The notes below the pieces were generated by a model, which ran no database searches, was not told where the DNA came from, and saw only the letters and a list, made by a program, of their open reading frames with translations. This document shows, in pieces, positions 13,794-26,896 of a DNA stretch of 64,000 nucleotides. Position 1 is the first letter of the stretch. Every line of letters begins with the position of its first letter. Position numbers and translations under genes: made by a program. The stretch is taken from assembly GCF_006345805.1 (NCBI RefSeq), contig NC_043002.1, positions 81,158,001 to 81,222,000 on the forward strand, written 5' to 3'. Source of the stretch: Octopus sinensis (Eukaryota).

Positions 13794-13830
<37 letters not shown>

Positions 13831-14186
13831 ACTGCCACCTTCTCTTTCGATGGTTATATTGCATTCAAAGCTATCTACTACAAGAGCACTGACACCAAGG
13901 CACCTTTAATACGTTCTCCACTACTGCACACATGTAGGTTTGTGTGAAGCAGAATTTTCAGTGAGCTCCGTTCAACTAACACCAGTTACTTAATTTATCA
14001 CTTTCTGCTAACAGATACTCATTAAAAATATTTTACAAAGCAGACCTTCAGTCACTGGCGCATATAATGATATATTCTTCACTTCCAAATCAAGATTTTT
14101 ATCTTCACCAAAACAGGATCAGTCTTGTGAAAGATCCATCGGAAACCATACCTATCTTTCCCTTTCGGCAAGATTCACTAGTCCAG

Positions 14187-14429
14187 TATAGTAAGTAAAG
14201 TAAAGTTTCTTCCTGAATCATGGACTCATAAGGGCCGATTTCCGGTTTCCCGGTTTCCCGGACGCCGGTCCACCACAGGATAACTCATTCTTGCCAGGTG
14301 AGTGGACTGAAGCAACGTGAAATGAAGTGTTTCGTACAAGAACACAACGCGTCGCCCAGTCCCGGAATCGAAACCACAATCTTACGATCATGAGTCCAAT
14401 ACCCTAACCACTAAGCCAGGCTCCTCCTT
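14187..14429 (-). mobile_element. tRNA-derived SINE family C with 9-bp target-site duplication
   Basis: Minus strand has A box TGGCTTAGTGG, B-box-like GTTTCGATTCC and an (ACTTT)n tail; TSD CTAGTCCAG at 14178-14186 and 14430-14438. Confidence 0.9.
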
Positions 14430-14456
14430 CTAGTCCAGAACGGAATATGAAAATAC

Positions 14457-14517
<61 letters not shown>

Positions 14518-14533
14518 GATATAATATATATAT

Positions 14534-14596
<63 letters not shown>

Positions 14597-14597
<1 letters not shown>

Positions 14598-14747
14598 TTT
14601 ATTTAAAAGCAGCAGAAATTCAACAAAACCTGTTGCTCGGAGTTTCACGTTCCCGTTCGTCGGACAGTTTTGTTAAAATGTCCGACGAACGGGAACGTGA
14701 AACTCCGAGTAACAGGTTTGTTGAATTTCTGCTGCTTTTAAATAAAG
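14597..14747. repeat. Near-perfect 70-bp inverted repeat, each arm carrying a hammerhead-like motif (Penelope-type inverted terminus)
   Basis: Arms 14597-14666 and 14679-14747 differ by 1 mismatch and 1 indel; 12-nt spacer. Confidence 0.9.
14679..14716 (+). ncRNA. Minimal type-I hammerhead-like motif with U4C core variant
   Basis: TGT-CCGACGA-ACG(GGAA)CGT-GAA-ACTCCGAGT-A-ACA; mirror copy on the minus arm. Confidence 0.6.
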
Positions 14748-14895
14748 CATATTACTCTACCCCTGGTATTTGAGTACTCTTTTTTTCCACCTTGTTTTAC
14801 ATTTATGTGTTTACTCCGGTATATATATATATTAGTTTAAATATATAACGTTTCAAAATTAAACGACACGAATATATCTAACCCTTAAAAATACA

Positions 14896-15310
14896 GAGGA
14901 GTGGCTGTGTGGTAAGTAGCTTGCTAACCAACCACATGATTCCGGGTTCAGTCCCACTGCGTGGCATCTTGGGCAAGTGTCTTCTGCTATAGCCCCGGGC
15001 CGACCAATGCCTTGTGAGTGGATTTGGTAGACGGAAACTGATAGAAGCCTGTCGTATATATGTATATATATATAAGTGTGTGTGTATATGTTTGTGTGTC
15101 TGTGTTTGTCCCCCTAGCGTTGCTTGACAACCGATGCTGGTGTGTTTACGTCCCCGTCACTTAGCGGTTCGGCAAAAGAGACTGATAGAATAAGTACTGG
15201 GCTTACAAAAAGAATAAGTCCCGGGGTCGATTTTCTCGACTAAAGGCGGTGCTCCAGCATGGCCGCAGTCAAATGACTGAAACAAGTAAAAGAGTAAAAG
15301 AGTAAGAGTA
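14896..15310 (+). mobile_element. Full-length tRNA-derived SINE family A
   Basis: A box TGGCTGTGTGG 14902-14912, B box GGTTCAGTCCC 14945-14955, internal (TA)/(TG) tract, (GTAAAA)n-like tail; at least 10 partial or complete relatives in the window. Confidence 0.9.
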
Positions 15311-15599
15311 CAGGTTCTTCTACGCCTTTAAACTAAATCCCTGATAAGTACCCTATTTTACAATAGCTTGCCTTAAATCGTCTTCCAATAAAAAAAAAAC
15401 TAGCTGTTCCCAATCGTAAGCAATATCTCCCAGAGAAGTTCATCCGCCTGCATAATACAAACTTGCTCAAACTTTTTTTTTTATTCTTACAGTCACCTCA
15501 TTTCTACATTCTTTTTGCAATGGCTAGCGTCAATGTGGTTAACGTTCGTTTCCCAATCTTTCTGAAATCGTCAGCAAAGAAAGTACGTAGTTAAACCTT

Positions 15600-15970
15600 C
15601 ATAATCTCTCTCTCCCTCTCACACACTTTCTCTCTCTCTCTCACTTTCTCTCTCCCTCTCTCTCTCTCCCAGTCCCTCTTTTTCCCTCTCACTCACTCTC
15701 TCTTAGTCGCTCTTTTTTCTCTCCCCTTGTCTCTCTCAGTCTCACTTTTTCTCACACACTCTCTCGCACTCTCTCCTTTCTCCCTCTCTCACTCTCTCTT
15801 TTGCTATCTCTCACACTCTCTCAGTCTCTTTCTCTCTCTCTCTCTCAGTTTCTCTTTTCTCTCTCTCTCACTCTCTCTTTTTCTCTCTCTCTCACTCTCT
15901 CTTTTCTCTCTCTCTTTCTCTCTCTCTCTTTCTCTCTCTCTAACTCTCTCTCTTTTTATCTCTCTCCCTC
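15600..15970. repeat. Degenerate (CT)n
   Basis: Direct reading. Confidence 0.95.
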
Positions 15971-16104
15971 AAACACATACACACGCACGCACGTATGCAT
16001 ACAAATCCGCACACACGCGCGCGCACACCACACACACACACACACTTATATACGCAGGCGCAATTTCAAGGGCGCAAACTTGAGCAAGTTATTTACTAGT
16101 CACT

Positions 16105-16335
16105 TTCCTCAGCTGCACATGTTGCTTCGGTGCCATTATACGTTTCGTATGACACCAATACGGACTTGAGACCGTAGCCATTATCATTGCCTGTCTACAT
16201 CTCCGCTGATATTGACGATACGTGTAACAACGAGCAGCTTACAAGTTCGAACATCTATTTCATTGAGGTCTTGCGAAGACCAATTCAGAAGCCTAAACGT
16301 AAGCATGAGGACAGATACTGCATAGGGGTTGTGGG
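16105..16335 (-). mobile_element. Fragment of a restriction-like-endonuclease-class LINE (R4/Dong-like), post-RT region
   Basis: NPYAVSVLMLTFRLLNWSSQDLNEIDVRTCKLL...GDVDR then (frameshift) GYGLKSV resembles the INxYAVPVLxYSFGxxxW...IDxxTRKLL...DVDRLY...GGRGL motif. Confidence 0.6.
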
Positions 16336-16474
16336 AAATATGCATACTCCCAATTAATGAAATGCACACGCAGAAAATGATAAACGCACACATGCGAATA
16401 AAAACAGTTGCTCCACTCCATATTGGAACCGTCTGCATAGGGTTTGAGGGAAATATGAACGTTGTAAGCTTAGT

Positions 16475-17376
16475 GTGTATGTGTATGTATGTATGTATGT
16501 ATGTATGTATGTGTGCATATATGTATGTATGTATGTGTGCATATATGTATGTATGTATGTATGTTTGTATGTATGTGTGCATGTATGTATGTATGTATGT
16601 GTGCATGTGTGTATGTAGGTTGGTATGTATGTGGTTGTATGTATGTATGTATGTATGTATGTATGTATGTATGCGTGTATGTATGGTATGTATGTGTGCA
16701 TGTATGTATGTATGTGTGCAGTATGTATGTATGTATGTGTGTATGTATGTATGTATGTATGTATGTATGTATGTATGTATGTTATGTATGTGTGCTATGT
16801 ATGTATGTATGTGTGCATGTATGTATGTATGTGTGCATGTATGTATGTATGCATGTATGGTATGTATGCATGTATGTATGTATGTTGTGCATGTATGTAT
16901 GTATGTATGTATGCGTGTATGTATGTATGTATGTGTATGTATGTAATGTATGTATGATGTATGTGTGCATGTATATGTATTATGTATGTATGTATGTGTG
17001 CATGTATGATGTAGTAATGTATGTATGTGTATGTGTGCATGTATGTATGTATGTATGTATGTATGTATGTATGTATGTGTGCATGTATGTATGTATGTAT
17101 GTATGTGTGTATGTATGTATGTATGTATGTATGTGTGCATGTATGTATGTATGTATGTATGTATGTGTGCATGTATGTATGTATGTATGTATGTATGTAT
17201 GTATGTATGTATGTATGTGTGTATGCATGTATGTATGTATGCATGCATGTATGTATGTATGTATGTGTGCATGTATGCATGTATGTATGTATGTATGTAT
17301 GTATGTATGTATGTATGTATGTATGTATGTATGTATGTATGTGTATGCGTGTATGTATGTATGTATGTATGTATGT
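16475..17376. repeat. About 900-bp (TATG)n array with recurrent TGTGCATG interruptions
   Basis: Direct reading; source of the 200-400 aa ORFs in the track. Confidence 0.97.
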
Positions 17377-17532
17377 AAGAAAAATAGAAATAGAACACGG
17401 AAACGATTAACAGAAAACGTTAGAAAAAAATTCCTCTCATCAGCCATGTAGACTAGAATTCGCATAGTTTCGGCGTGTTCAAGAACTATATATACGGGCA
17501 TATATGCATACATACACACAAACCCCCACCCC

Positions 17533-17645
<113 letters not shown>

Positions 17646-18519
17646 ATATGGTGTACGTGCGTATATATATATATATATATATATATATCGTAATTATGAA
17701 ATGATATTCTACGTTTGTTTGTATGTATATGTGAATGTGTATGTGCATTTGCAAGATGGTATGTGCATTTCTTGGTGTGTGTTTGTGTATGTCTGTGTGT
17801 GTAGGAACGGGTATATAGGTATATACACCACTGACTTTCACTTAGAATTTTCTTAACTCTGCATAACTTCACTAATATCATAAACGCTGATCGAATGAAA
17901 CTAGAGCGATGTGTAAGAATAGAAGAATAACAGAACACTGAATCAACATTCTCATATTGCAGCTGTTGATAGATATCGTATTAAATGATATGTACGACGA
18001 GAAATTACACACATACACACAAACGAACAACACATACACACACACACATACACACACACATCACAATACCCTCACATATACAGATATATACAGCTATATA
18101 AGCAATCTCACACACATATATAAACATATATACGCACTCACATGAACACATACATATACATGTAAATATAAATAAATATATATATATATATACTATATAT
18201 ATATGCGTACATGAAAACAAAATGTATATATATACTAACGTATGTCTATATATGTGTATATACACACAAATATGTGGTAGGTATCCATTTGTATGTGTTT
18301 GTGTGTGGGGTATATGTCTGTGTGCCTTTGAGTATGTGAGTGAAGAGTTTGTCTGTATCTATGTAGACATGTATGTGTATAAATATATACACGTGTGTAT
18401 ATATATACACGAAAAAAAACTCACGTTATCTTTACTATTTCGTTTGCTTAGTAAACGGAAAATTATTTTTTAGCCTCGTATTAGTTTATTATCCACAACA
18501 TCGATGTCCTCATTGTCTT

Positions 18520-19132
18520 CTTCTTCTTATTCTTCTTCTTCTTCTTCTTCTTCTTCTTCTTCTTCTTCTAGTATTATTATTATTTTATTATTATATTATA
18601 TATTATTATTATTTTATTATTATTATTATATTTATTATATTATTATTCTTCTTCTCCTTCTTCTTCTTCTTCTTCTTCTTTTTCTTTCTAAGCTCAGAGT
18701 ATGTATGTATGTACGAATGTATGTATGTATGTATGTATGTATGTATGTATGTATGTATGCATGTATGTATGTATGTATGTACGTATGTATGTATATATGT
18801 ATGTATGTATGTATGCATGTATGTTTGTATGTACGAATGTATGTATGAATGTATGTATGTATGTATGCATGCCTGCATGCCTGCATGTATGTATGTATGT
18901 ATGTATGTATGTATGTATGTATGTATGTATGCATGCATGCATGTATGTATGTATGTATGTATGTATGTATGTACGTATGTATGTATGTATGTATGTATGC
19001 ATGCCTACATGCCTACATGTATGTATATATGTATGCATGCCTACATGTATGTATGTATGTATGTATGTATGCATGCCTACATGTATGTATGTATGCATGT
19101 ATGTATGTATGTATGTATGCATGCATGTAGGG
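18520..19132. repeat. (CTT)n/(ATT)n followed by (TATG)/(CATG)n
   Basis: Direct reading. Confidence 0.95.
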
Positions 19133-19611
19133 ATTTATGAATGCTCATATACATCATGTCTATATGTATGGTTATTTCGATCTTGTTCATTGTTCGCCAT
19201 AGTTGCAGTCCCCTCACAGTCTTATCTCTGATTGTCTTCACAGAATACATTTATAAATTACAACTGACGGTTCCAATATAGAGCGGAGCAACTGTGTTTA
19301 TTCTCATAAATGTTTATATAGACACATGTGTGCGTTTATCATTCTCTGCGTGTGCGTCTGATTATTTGGGAGTACGCATATGTATGTATTGTGCGTGTCT
19401 GCTTGCATGTATGCAAATGTGTGTTAGCGTAGTAAAGTATGTGGGTGAGTGCGTCTGACATTTTTCCTGTGTGTTTCACTTAACTGTGTATTGTATGTGT
19501 GCATATTTTTACAGTGAAGCGTCTTAATAAAGATGCATAAGAGGAGACAGATAGATATATAGATAGATAGATAGATAGATAGAAGATAGATAGATAGATA
19601 GATAGATAGAT

Positions 19612-19647
<36 letters not shown>

Positions 19648-19668
19648 GATAGATAAATAGATAGATAG

Positions 19669-19758
<90 letters not shown>

Positions 19759-19760
<2 letters not shown>

Positions 19761-19925
19761 GTGGGACTGAAAAGTTCCTTTGAATTAAAATACAGGAAAA
19801 GAAAAATACAGGAGAATCGGTTAATTATGTTCAACATATTCGCCCCTCAGATTCACACGCTTATTGCAGTGGTCCTTCAGTTTTACTAAGCCCTGTAAAA
19901 GAAGTTGGAAGATTGGGCCCCAACA
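19759..19925 (+). mobile_element. Truncated mariner-type MITE
   Basis: GGTGGGACTGAAAAGTTCC terminus; body colinear with 34474-34688. Confidence 0.65.
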
Positions 19926-20134
19926 CGTGTTTCGAAAGGCACAAATTACCAAAATCCGATTGAATAATGGGACCTATTGTGTCTTTCTCTTCAGGAAGAA
20001 AATAGGAAATCCGTTGGAAAAACAAAAACAGAACAGAGGCGGAGCAAAAACAAATCGAACTATGCTCCTAAGAGCCCATGGCGAAACTTTTGATTAATCT
20101 ACTACAAGATTATTCATCTTTCTATTTCACATAA

Positions 20135-20189
<55 letters not shown>

Positions 20190-20620
20190 ATGTATTTATA
20201 TATATGTCCGTTTCCTATGTTCCTGCATTTAGGCTTTCACTTCATACACCCCAGTCCAATTTGATTCGTTCTCAGTCGGAAGACACCTGTTGTTATATTC
20301 TTGTTGTTTGTATTTGTAGTGTTGCACTATGTTCACCGTTTTTTGTTTCTGTCGCCATACACGTTCGTTAGCTTTCTTACAAAAAATAATGTAATGCTCT
20401 TAGCTTAGACATTTTGGGTTGCAACCTGATCGAACTGTCTCAAGTGTAACTGCCCGAAACAGTATGGACTTCTGGTAACTTGACTGAGGAAAGAAGACGA
20501 AGAATGACGCATCTTTTATATTTTTTTTTTGCCTGTCCTTCTAATTGTTCGTTTTCCTGTCCGATTTGTATAGTCCATCTGTCCGAATATTTTATTGTCC
20601 TGTACGCCATTTTTGTTCCA

Positions 20621-20662
<42 letters not shown>

Positions 20663-20867
20663 ATACATTCATTTGTACATACGTACATACATACACTCAT
20701 ACAAACATATATGTACACATATATATAAATGATGTATGTATGTATGTATGTATGTATATATATATATATAAACATCTATGCATATATATATATATAAATA
20801 TCGATATATATATAAAGAGAGAAAGTAACAGAGAGGTAGAAAGATAGATAGATAGATAGATAGATAG

Positions 20868-20914
<47 letters not shown>

Positions 20915-21619
20915 GAAGGTTGGTTGGTAGGCAGGTAGGTAGGTAGGTAGGTAGGTAGGTAGGTAGGTAGGTAAACAAACAGGCAGGTAGACAGTCAGCT
21001 AGACAGGCAGGCACACAGGGAGACAGACAAATAGATATATATACCTATATTACATTTATATACATTTACATATACATATATACATATATGTATATAGATT
21101 CACATATTTATATATGTATATGTGTGTGTATACATATATATTATATATATTCATATATAATATATATATATATGTTTGTGTGTATGTATGTATGTCCCTG
21201 GAGTTGCTGGTTAGTGTTTTATTACATCCGTGTCGAAAATATTCCAACAGAGATATCATGTGTGTTTGCTGATAGCATTCGCTAATTTCTCGTTGAGCAC
21301 CAGAGATACGCTTACAATCCATGTTCACAACCTGCTTAATCTATGCTAGTTTTTCATCGTCCAACATTAAGCCTAAGCAGACATTGATATTCAATATTGC
21401 TGGTACGCGGTAAAGGAGAGGGATACTGCCTCTTTCAATCATATCTCTCTCTCTCTCTTTCTATCTCTCCCTCTCTTGTTTTTCGCGCTCTCTCACGTTC
21501 TCATCCATTCCTTTAATAGTTTTATAAATAGATTATGTATTTAGGCAATTTTGAAGAATTTTGGACATCTTGATATTGTTCTAGTTCCTATAGACAGTTT
21601 GTGTATTTTCTGGTAAAAT

Positions 21620-24180
21620 CGTTAGCACACCCGACAAATTGCTTAGCGGTATTTCTTTACGTTCTGAGTTCAAATTCCGCTAAGTTCACCTTTGCATTTC
21701 ATCATTTCAGGGTCGGGAAAATAATTACCAGTCAACACTGAAGCCGACATGATCAACTACCGCACCTCCCAACCACCATAGTCGCTGATCTTGTGCTTAA
21801 ATCAGAAACCATTATTATTATCATCATCATTTTGGGGTCTTTACATTCAGAGTTCAAATACATACGGGGTCAAGTTTTCCTTTCACTATTCTGGGGTCAA
21901 TGAATTAAAACACCAATGTAGTACTGGGGTCAATAGTTTCGACTGATCCTCAAACTTGTTGGCATTATGCGTTAAGCAGAAAGCATCTAATAATTATTTC
22001 TTTATTACCCACAAGGGGTTAAACACAAAGGGGACAAACAAGGACAGATATCGACCCCAGTGCGTAACTGGTACTTAATTTATCGACCCCGAAAGGATGA
22101 AAGGCAAAGTCAACCTCGGCGGAATTTGAACTCATAACGTAACGGCAGATGAAATACCTGTTTCTTTATTACCCACAAGGGGCTAAACACAGAGGGGACA
22201 AACAAGGACAGGCAAACGGATTAAGTCTACTATAATAATTGTTTGTTCCTTCTCGAGCCACGCCTGGCTCATAAGGGCCGGTTTGCCGGTTTCCTTGACG
22301 TATAGGTTCCCCACCTGGACGGGACACCGGTCCGTCGCAGGTGAGCTGCAAGATGCAGGAAGAAACAGCGAGAGAAAGTTGTGGCGAAAGAGTCAGCAGA
22401 AGTTCGCCATTACCTTCTGCTGGAGCCACGTGGAGCTTAGGTGAATCGCTCATAAACACACACATCACCCAGTCTGAGATTCGAACCTGCGATCCCTCGA
22501 CTGCGAGTCCGCTGCTCTAACCACTAGGCCACGTCCCTCCACTACTATAATAATACTCTTGCGTTTTTCTCCGTCACAACATATGAATGAGAAAATGAGA
22601 AAGGAAGGGGTGATGGCAAACTGGTAATAGGAGCGTTTCAACTCTGTGTGAGAATATGTATGGGTATGTAAAAGGGAGTTATGTGAATGTTTGTGTGGTG
22701 TGTGAGTGAGTGTGTTTGTGTGTGTGTGTGTGTTGTGTGTGTGTGTTGGTGTGTGTGTGTGGTGTGTTTGCGGCGTGTGGTTGTGTTGGTGTGTGTGTGG
22801 TGTGCAATGGAAGTAGGATAGGGAAAATTAACGCTGAAAAGAAAAATCAAACAGCGTTTCAACTCTGTGAGAGTATATGTGTGTGTATGTGCATTCGTGT
22901 ACAAGGGAAGTGTGTGAATGTTTGTAAGTTTAAACCAGCTTTCTTTCGGTATCAAAGAATGATCGATGTCACATCTCAATAGACAACCACTAGATAACAT
23001 TGACAAGTGTATTAATTTGAATAACAATCCATATTTATATATAATATACAACAATTAGCCGTCATTTCTGACGGCACTGAGCCAGCTAGTTATTAATAAT
23101 CTTTTCAACTATAGTGGGTGTGAAGAGATTGTCGATTATAGCAACCCCAGTTTTAAACTGGTACTAATTCTATCGACCCCGAAAAGATGAAAGGCAAAGT
23201 AGACCTCGGTGGAATTTGAACTCAGAACACAAAGACAGACGAAATGCAGCTAAACATTTTGCCTCGCAGAAACGCTATTAATAATGGTTTCAAATTCTGG
23301 CATAAGACCAGCAATTTCAAGGATGTGGCTAGTCGTTCAAATGGAACCCAGTGCTCAACTGTTACTTATTTTATCGACCGTGAAAGGATGAATGGCAGAG
23401 TCGAATTCGGTGGAATTTGAACGTAAAGACAAACGAAATGCCGCTTAGCATTTTCTCCGGTGAAAGCACAGTTAATAATAGTTTCAAATTTTGCCACAAG
23501 GGCAGCAATTTTGGGGTAGGGGATGAGTCGATTACATAGACCCCAGTGTTTAAATGGTACTTATTTTATCGACCCCGAGAAGATGAAAGGTAAAGTCGAC
23601 CTCGGTGGAATTTGAACTCAGAACGTACCGCTAAGCATTTCATCCAGCGCGCTAACGATTCTGCCAGCTTGCCGCCTTAAACACAATTAATAACAATAAT
23701 GAATCTTTCTTATTTTGGCACAAGGCCAGCAGTTATGAGGGGAATGGGTTAACTCATTACTATCAAACCTAGTGCATGATTGGTGCTATATCGTATCGAT
23801 TCCGGAAGGATGAAAAGCGATGACTTCGGCAGAATTTGACGCTGCTTTTCATTTTCCCAGGTCAATAAAATAAAGTACCAATCAAGTACGAGAGTCGATG
23901 ATAAGTAAATACCCACTTCCATTAAAAAACAGCTGGCTTTGAGCCATAATTAGAACTCTTATTGTTGGTTTTCAAATTTTGGCTTAAGGCCAGCAATTTC
24001 GGGGGAGAGGCAAGGCAATTATATCGATCCTAGTGCTCAACTTGTACTTATTTTATCGACCCCAAAAGATGAGAGGTAAAGTTGACCTCGGCAGAATTAG
24101 AACTCAGAACGTAGACAGACAAAATGTCGCTAAGTACTTTTCTCGGCGTGCTAACGATTCTGCCAACTCGTCGCCTTATA
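21620..24180. mobile_element. Dense cluster of about 9 SINE family B copies or fragments, mostly on the minus strand
   Basis: Repeated tatcgaccccgaaaggatgaaaggcaaagtcgacctcggcggaatttgaactcagaac blocks; reverse complement contains B box GAGTTCAAATTCC. Confidence 0.9.
22240..22541 (-). mobile_element. tRNA-derived SINE (family C-related head) with 13-bp TSD
   Basis: Minus strand has A box TGGCCTAGTGG and B box GGTTCGAATCT; TSD CTACTATAATAAT at 22227-22239 and 22542-22554. Confidence 0.9.
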
Positions 24181-24195
24181 TAATTATTATCATTA

Positions 24196-24454
24196 CAGTA
24201 ATCCCTCGCCATATCGCGGTTCACCTATCGCGGTTCACTTACCGCGGTTTATTATTTAAGCTTACGTCGATTCCTCCGTGGTGTTGTTTTGCATTTATAA
24301 AATAAATATATAGAAATTATAGTGCCCCAGCATGGCCGCGGCCTTCGGGCTAAAACATTTTTAAGGATTTAAGTACAGTACTGTTTCTACTTCGCGGATT
24401 TTCACCTATTGCGTGCGGTTTTAGAACGTAATACCCGCGATAGTCGAGGTATTG
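24196..24454 (+). mobile_element. Tigger/pogo-type MITE
   Basis: TA|CAGTAATCCCTCG...CGCGG and CCGCGATAGTCGAGGTATTG imperfect TIRs; inverted sister copy at 33597-33820. Confidence 0.8.
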
Positions 24455-24612
24455 ATATATTATCATTTTGTACTAGTCATATGTTTATCCCATACTTTCA
24501 CCGTATAAGCCGAGAGTAGTTCTATGCACCTTTGAAACATACAATGCATTGGAAGATTTTCCTTACTTTTCTACATTATTGGAAGTATTTGTACGTAAGT
24601 CCAGTGGAGATA

Positions 24613-24648
<36 letters not shown>

Positions 24649-26783
24649 GGGGGGTGACAGTCAGTCTTCCGAGCAAACCAAGGAAACTATATTATTTATT
24701 TTTCAAATTACTGACATTAGCTCTCGGTAGAAACTCTTTTGGCAAAGGTATCAGCTTTCTCAGTGACGAGCTGGGATTTGAACTCGGAACGTACAGAGTC
24801 GCAACAGTTACCACAAGGCGTTACATCCAACGCTCCCACATTTTCACCACCCACCCTATACTAGTATGTATTTTTTATCACCCCTGTATCCATCCCAGTC
24901 CAGCCTGTGTATTCTAGACCAAATTTATAATCTCTTCTATCTCCTGTGTAGTATCTATCACCTCTGTAGCTTTACTGGAAATAGTCTCCATTTCCTTTCA
25001 CTCTGGAGGCTATTTAACCGCGTCATACGAACAATGGGATTCTCCGAAACCTGCAAATCATAGCACAGTGGATTTTTACTGGTTTAAACTTAGATTTTAC
25101 GCTAGCACGATAACGCCATGTAAAGCAAAGAGGGGGACCAGACTACTGTCGCAGAAACAAGTTAACACACAGCGCGATTCTTTCAGTTGTTTTAACAGCA
25201 ACGCATGCACGTTGTTTCCAGACAAGATTCATGAATCGTGGATTGGGCTCTCCAAGAAGGCGCTGCTTGCTCGCAGCGTGTGATTGTAATTCTGTCACCA
25301 TTTATTGCCAATTCTGTAGGGATTTGAAAAGCCAGTTTAATAAATCTGCACCATAAAATCCTCGGTAAACAGTAGTTGACAAAGCACTCAATCAACTTAG
25401 CTGTATGAATGTGTGCGTGTCTATGTGTGTGTGTATATATATGTATGTGTGTGTGTATGCGCGTGTGTGTGTACTTACATGCATATCTATGTGTATATGG
25501 CTGTGTTTGTGTAAATGCATGTATGCATATGTATATGTGGGTATATATTTATATAAACATATATCTATATATGTGTGTGTGTGTGTGATAGTAATACAGT
25601 CCTACTCAAACGTGCACGCATCCACGAACCTACAAACACGGATGCACGCACACCGGAGCACACACACGTATACACACACAAACACAAGCAAATACACATA
25701 CACACACACACTAACATCTATATATGTGCGTGTTGTGCATAACTATGGATGTACGTACGTATATATTTATATATGTGTGTAGGTATAATATGTAAATATG
25801 TATATATATAAATACTTGCAAATGTGTGTCGTCTTTATGTGTTTATATATGTGTGCGTGTGTGTGTGGTATTTATATATATATATACATATATACATATA
25901 CATACACCTATATAAAGATAGATATCAGTTTAAAGATCAGACGTAGTGCCAACGAGGAAGATCTTCCTCCGCCATCATCGCCATCATCGCCACCACGACA
26001 CCACGACTACCAAACTCCTCACATCAGCGAGTGAGCGTACACAGGTAATGGCGGCCAACAAGTTACAAGGCGGAAGCGATGAGCGGAAATTCAAACATCA
26101 CCTCCATTGATGACTGACTGCCTAGTAAATAATGCATTACGTTTAAACTGGGCTTCTTATCTGTTGCTTTTAAAATATGTAAATGCAATTACTTAGTGCC
26201 AAATATGTGAGCTTTGAAAATGTAAATTAAAAGCTGTATGTAACCTATCCTTTTCCATTCGCCGTACATGTACGATCATTCAACTATGCTATCGCAGTTC
26301 TTCATCTCCATCTCTGTAGTATATAGTTTGTCTTTGGAAGTGTGTATAGATTTTAAGCATGCACGCAAATGTCTTTCTGTCTGTCTGTCTATCAATTTAT
26401 TTATCTATCTGTCTATTTATCCATCTATCTGCAATGAGCGTGTGTGTGTGTGTGTCTATCTGTGTTTGTACGAATATGCATGTGTATCTTGTGTGTATTG
26501 TGTGTGTATATATATATGTGAGTTGTATATATGTATCTATTTATATATAGATAGTAGCATCCATATATGTACAAAATGAACATACATTCATAAATGTATA
26601 CGTGCGAGTGTTTTCCTTTCTCCTAAGTATATGTGTATGCAGTATATGTATGCACAAGAATACCTCTATATGATATACATACAAACATAATACATACACA
26701 CACATATATATATATATAAATATTATATTATATATATATATATATATATATGTTATATAGATGTATATCTATCATCTATATAT

Positions 26784-26821
<38 letters not shown>

Positions 26822-26896
26822 TATAATATAATATTTATATATATTATATATAGTATATAGATATATATATATATAATATAGATATATATATATAAT

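Noticed and set aside
17430-17480. Type II-like hammerhead on the minus strand (GAAACTA...TAGTC...CTGATGA)
   Set aside because: Core and a 4-bp stem III are present, but stems I and II cannot form; treated as chance or too decayed
21316-21400. Minus-strand acceptor and donor pair
   Set aside because: In-frame stops in all frames
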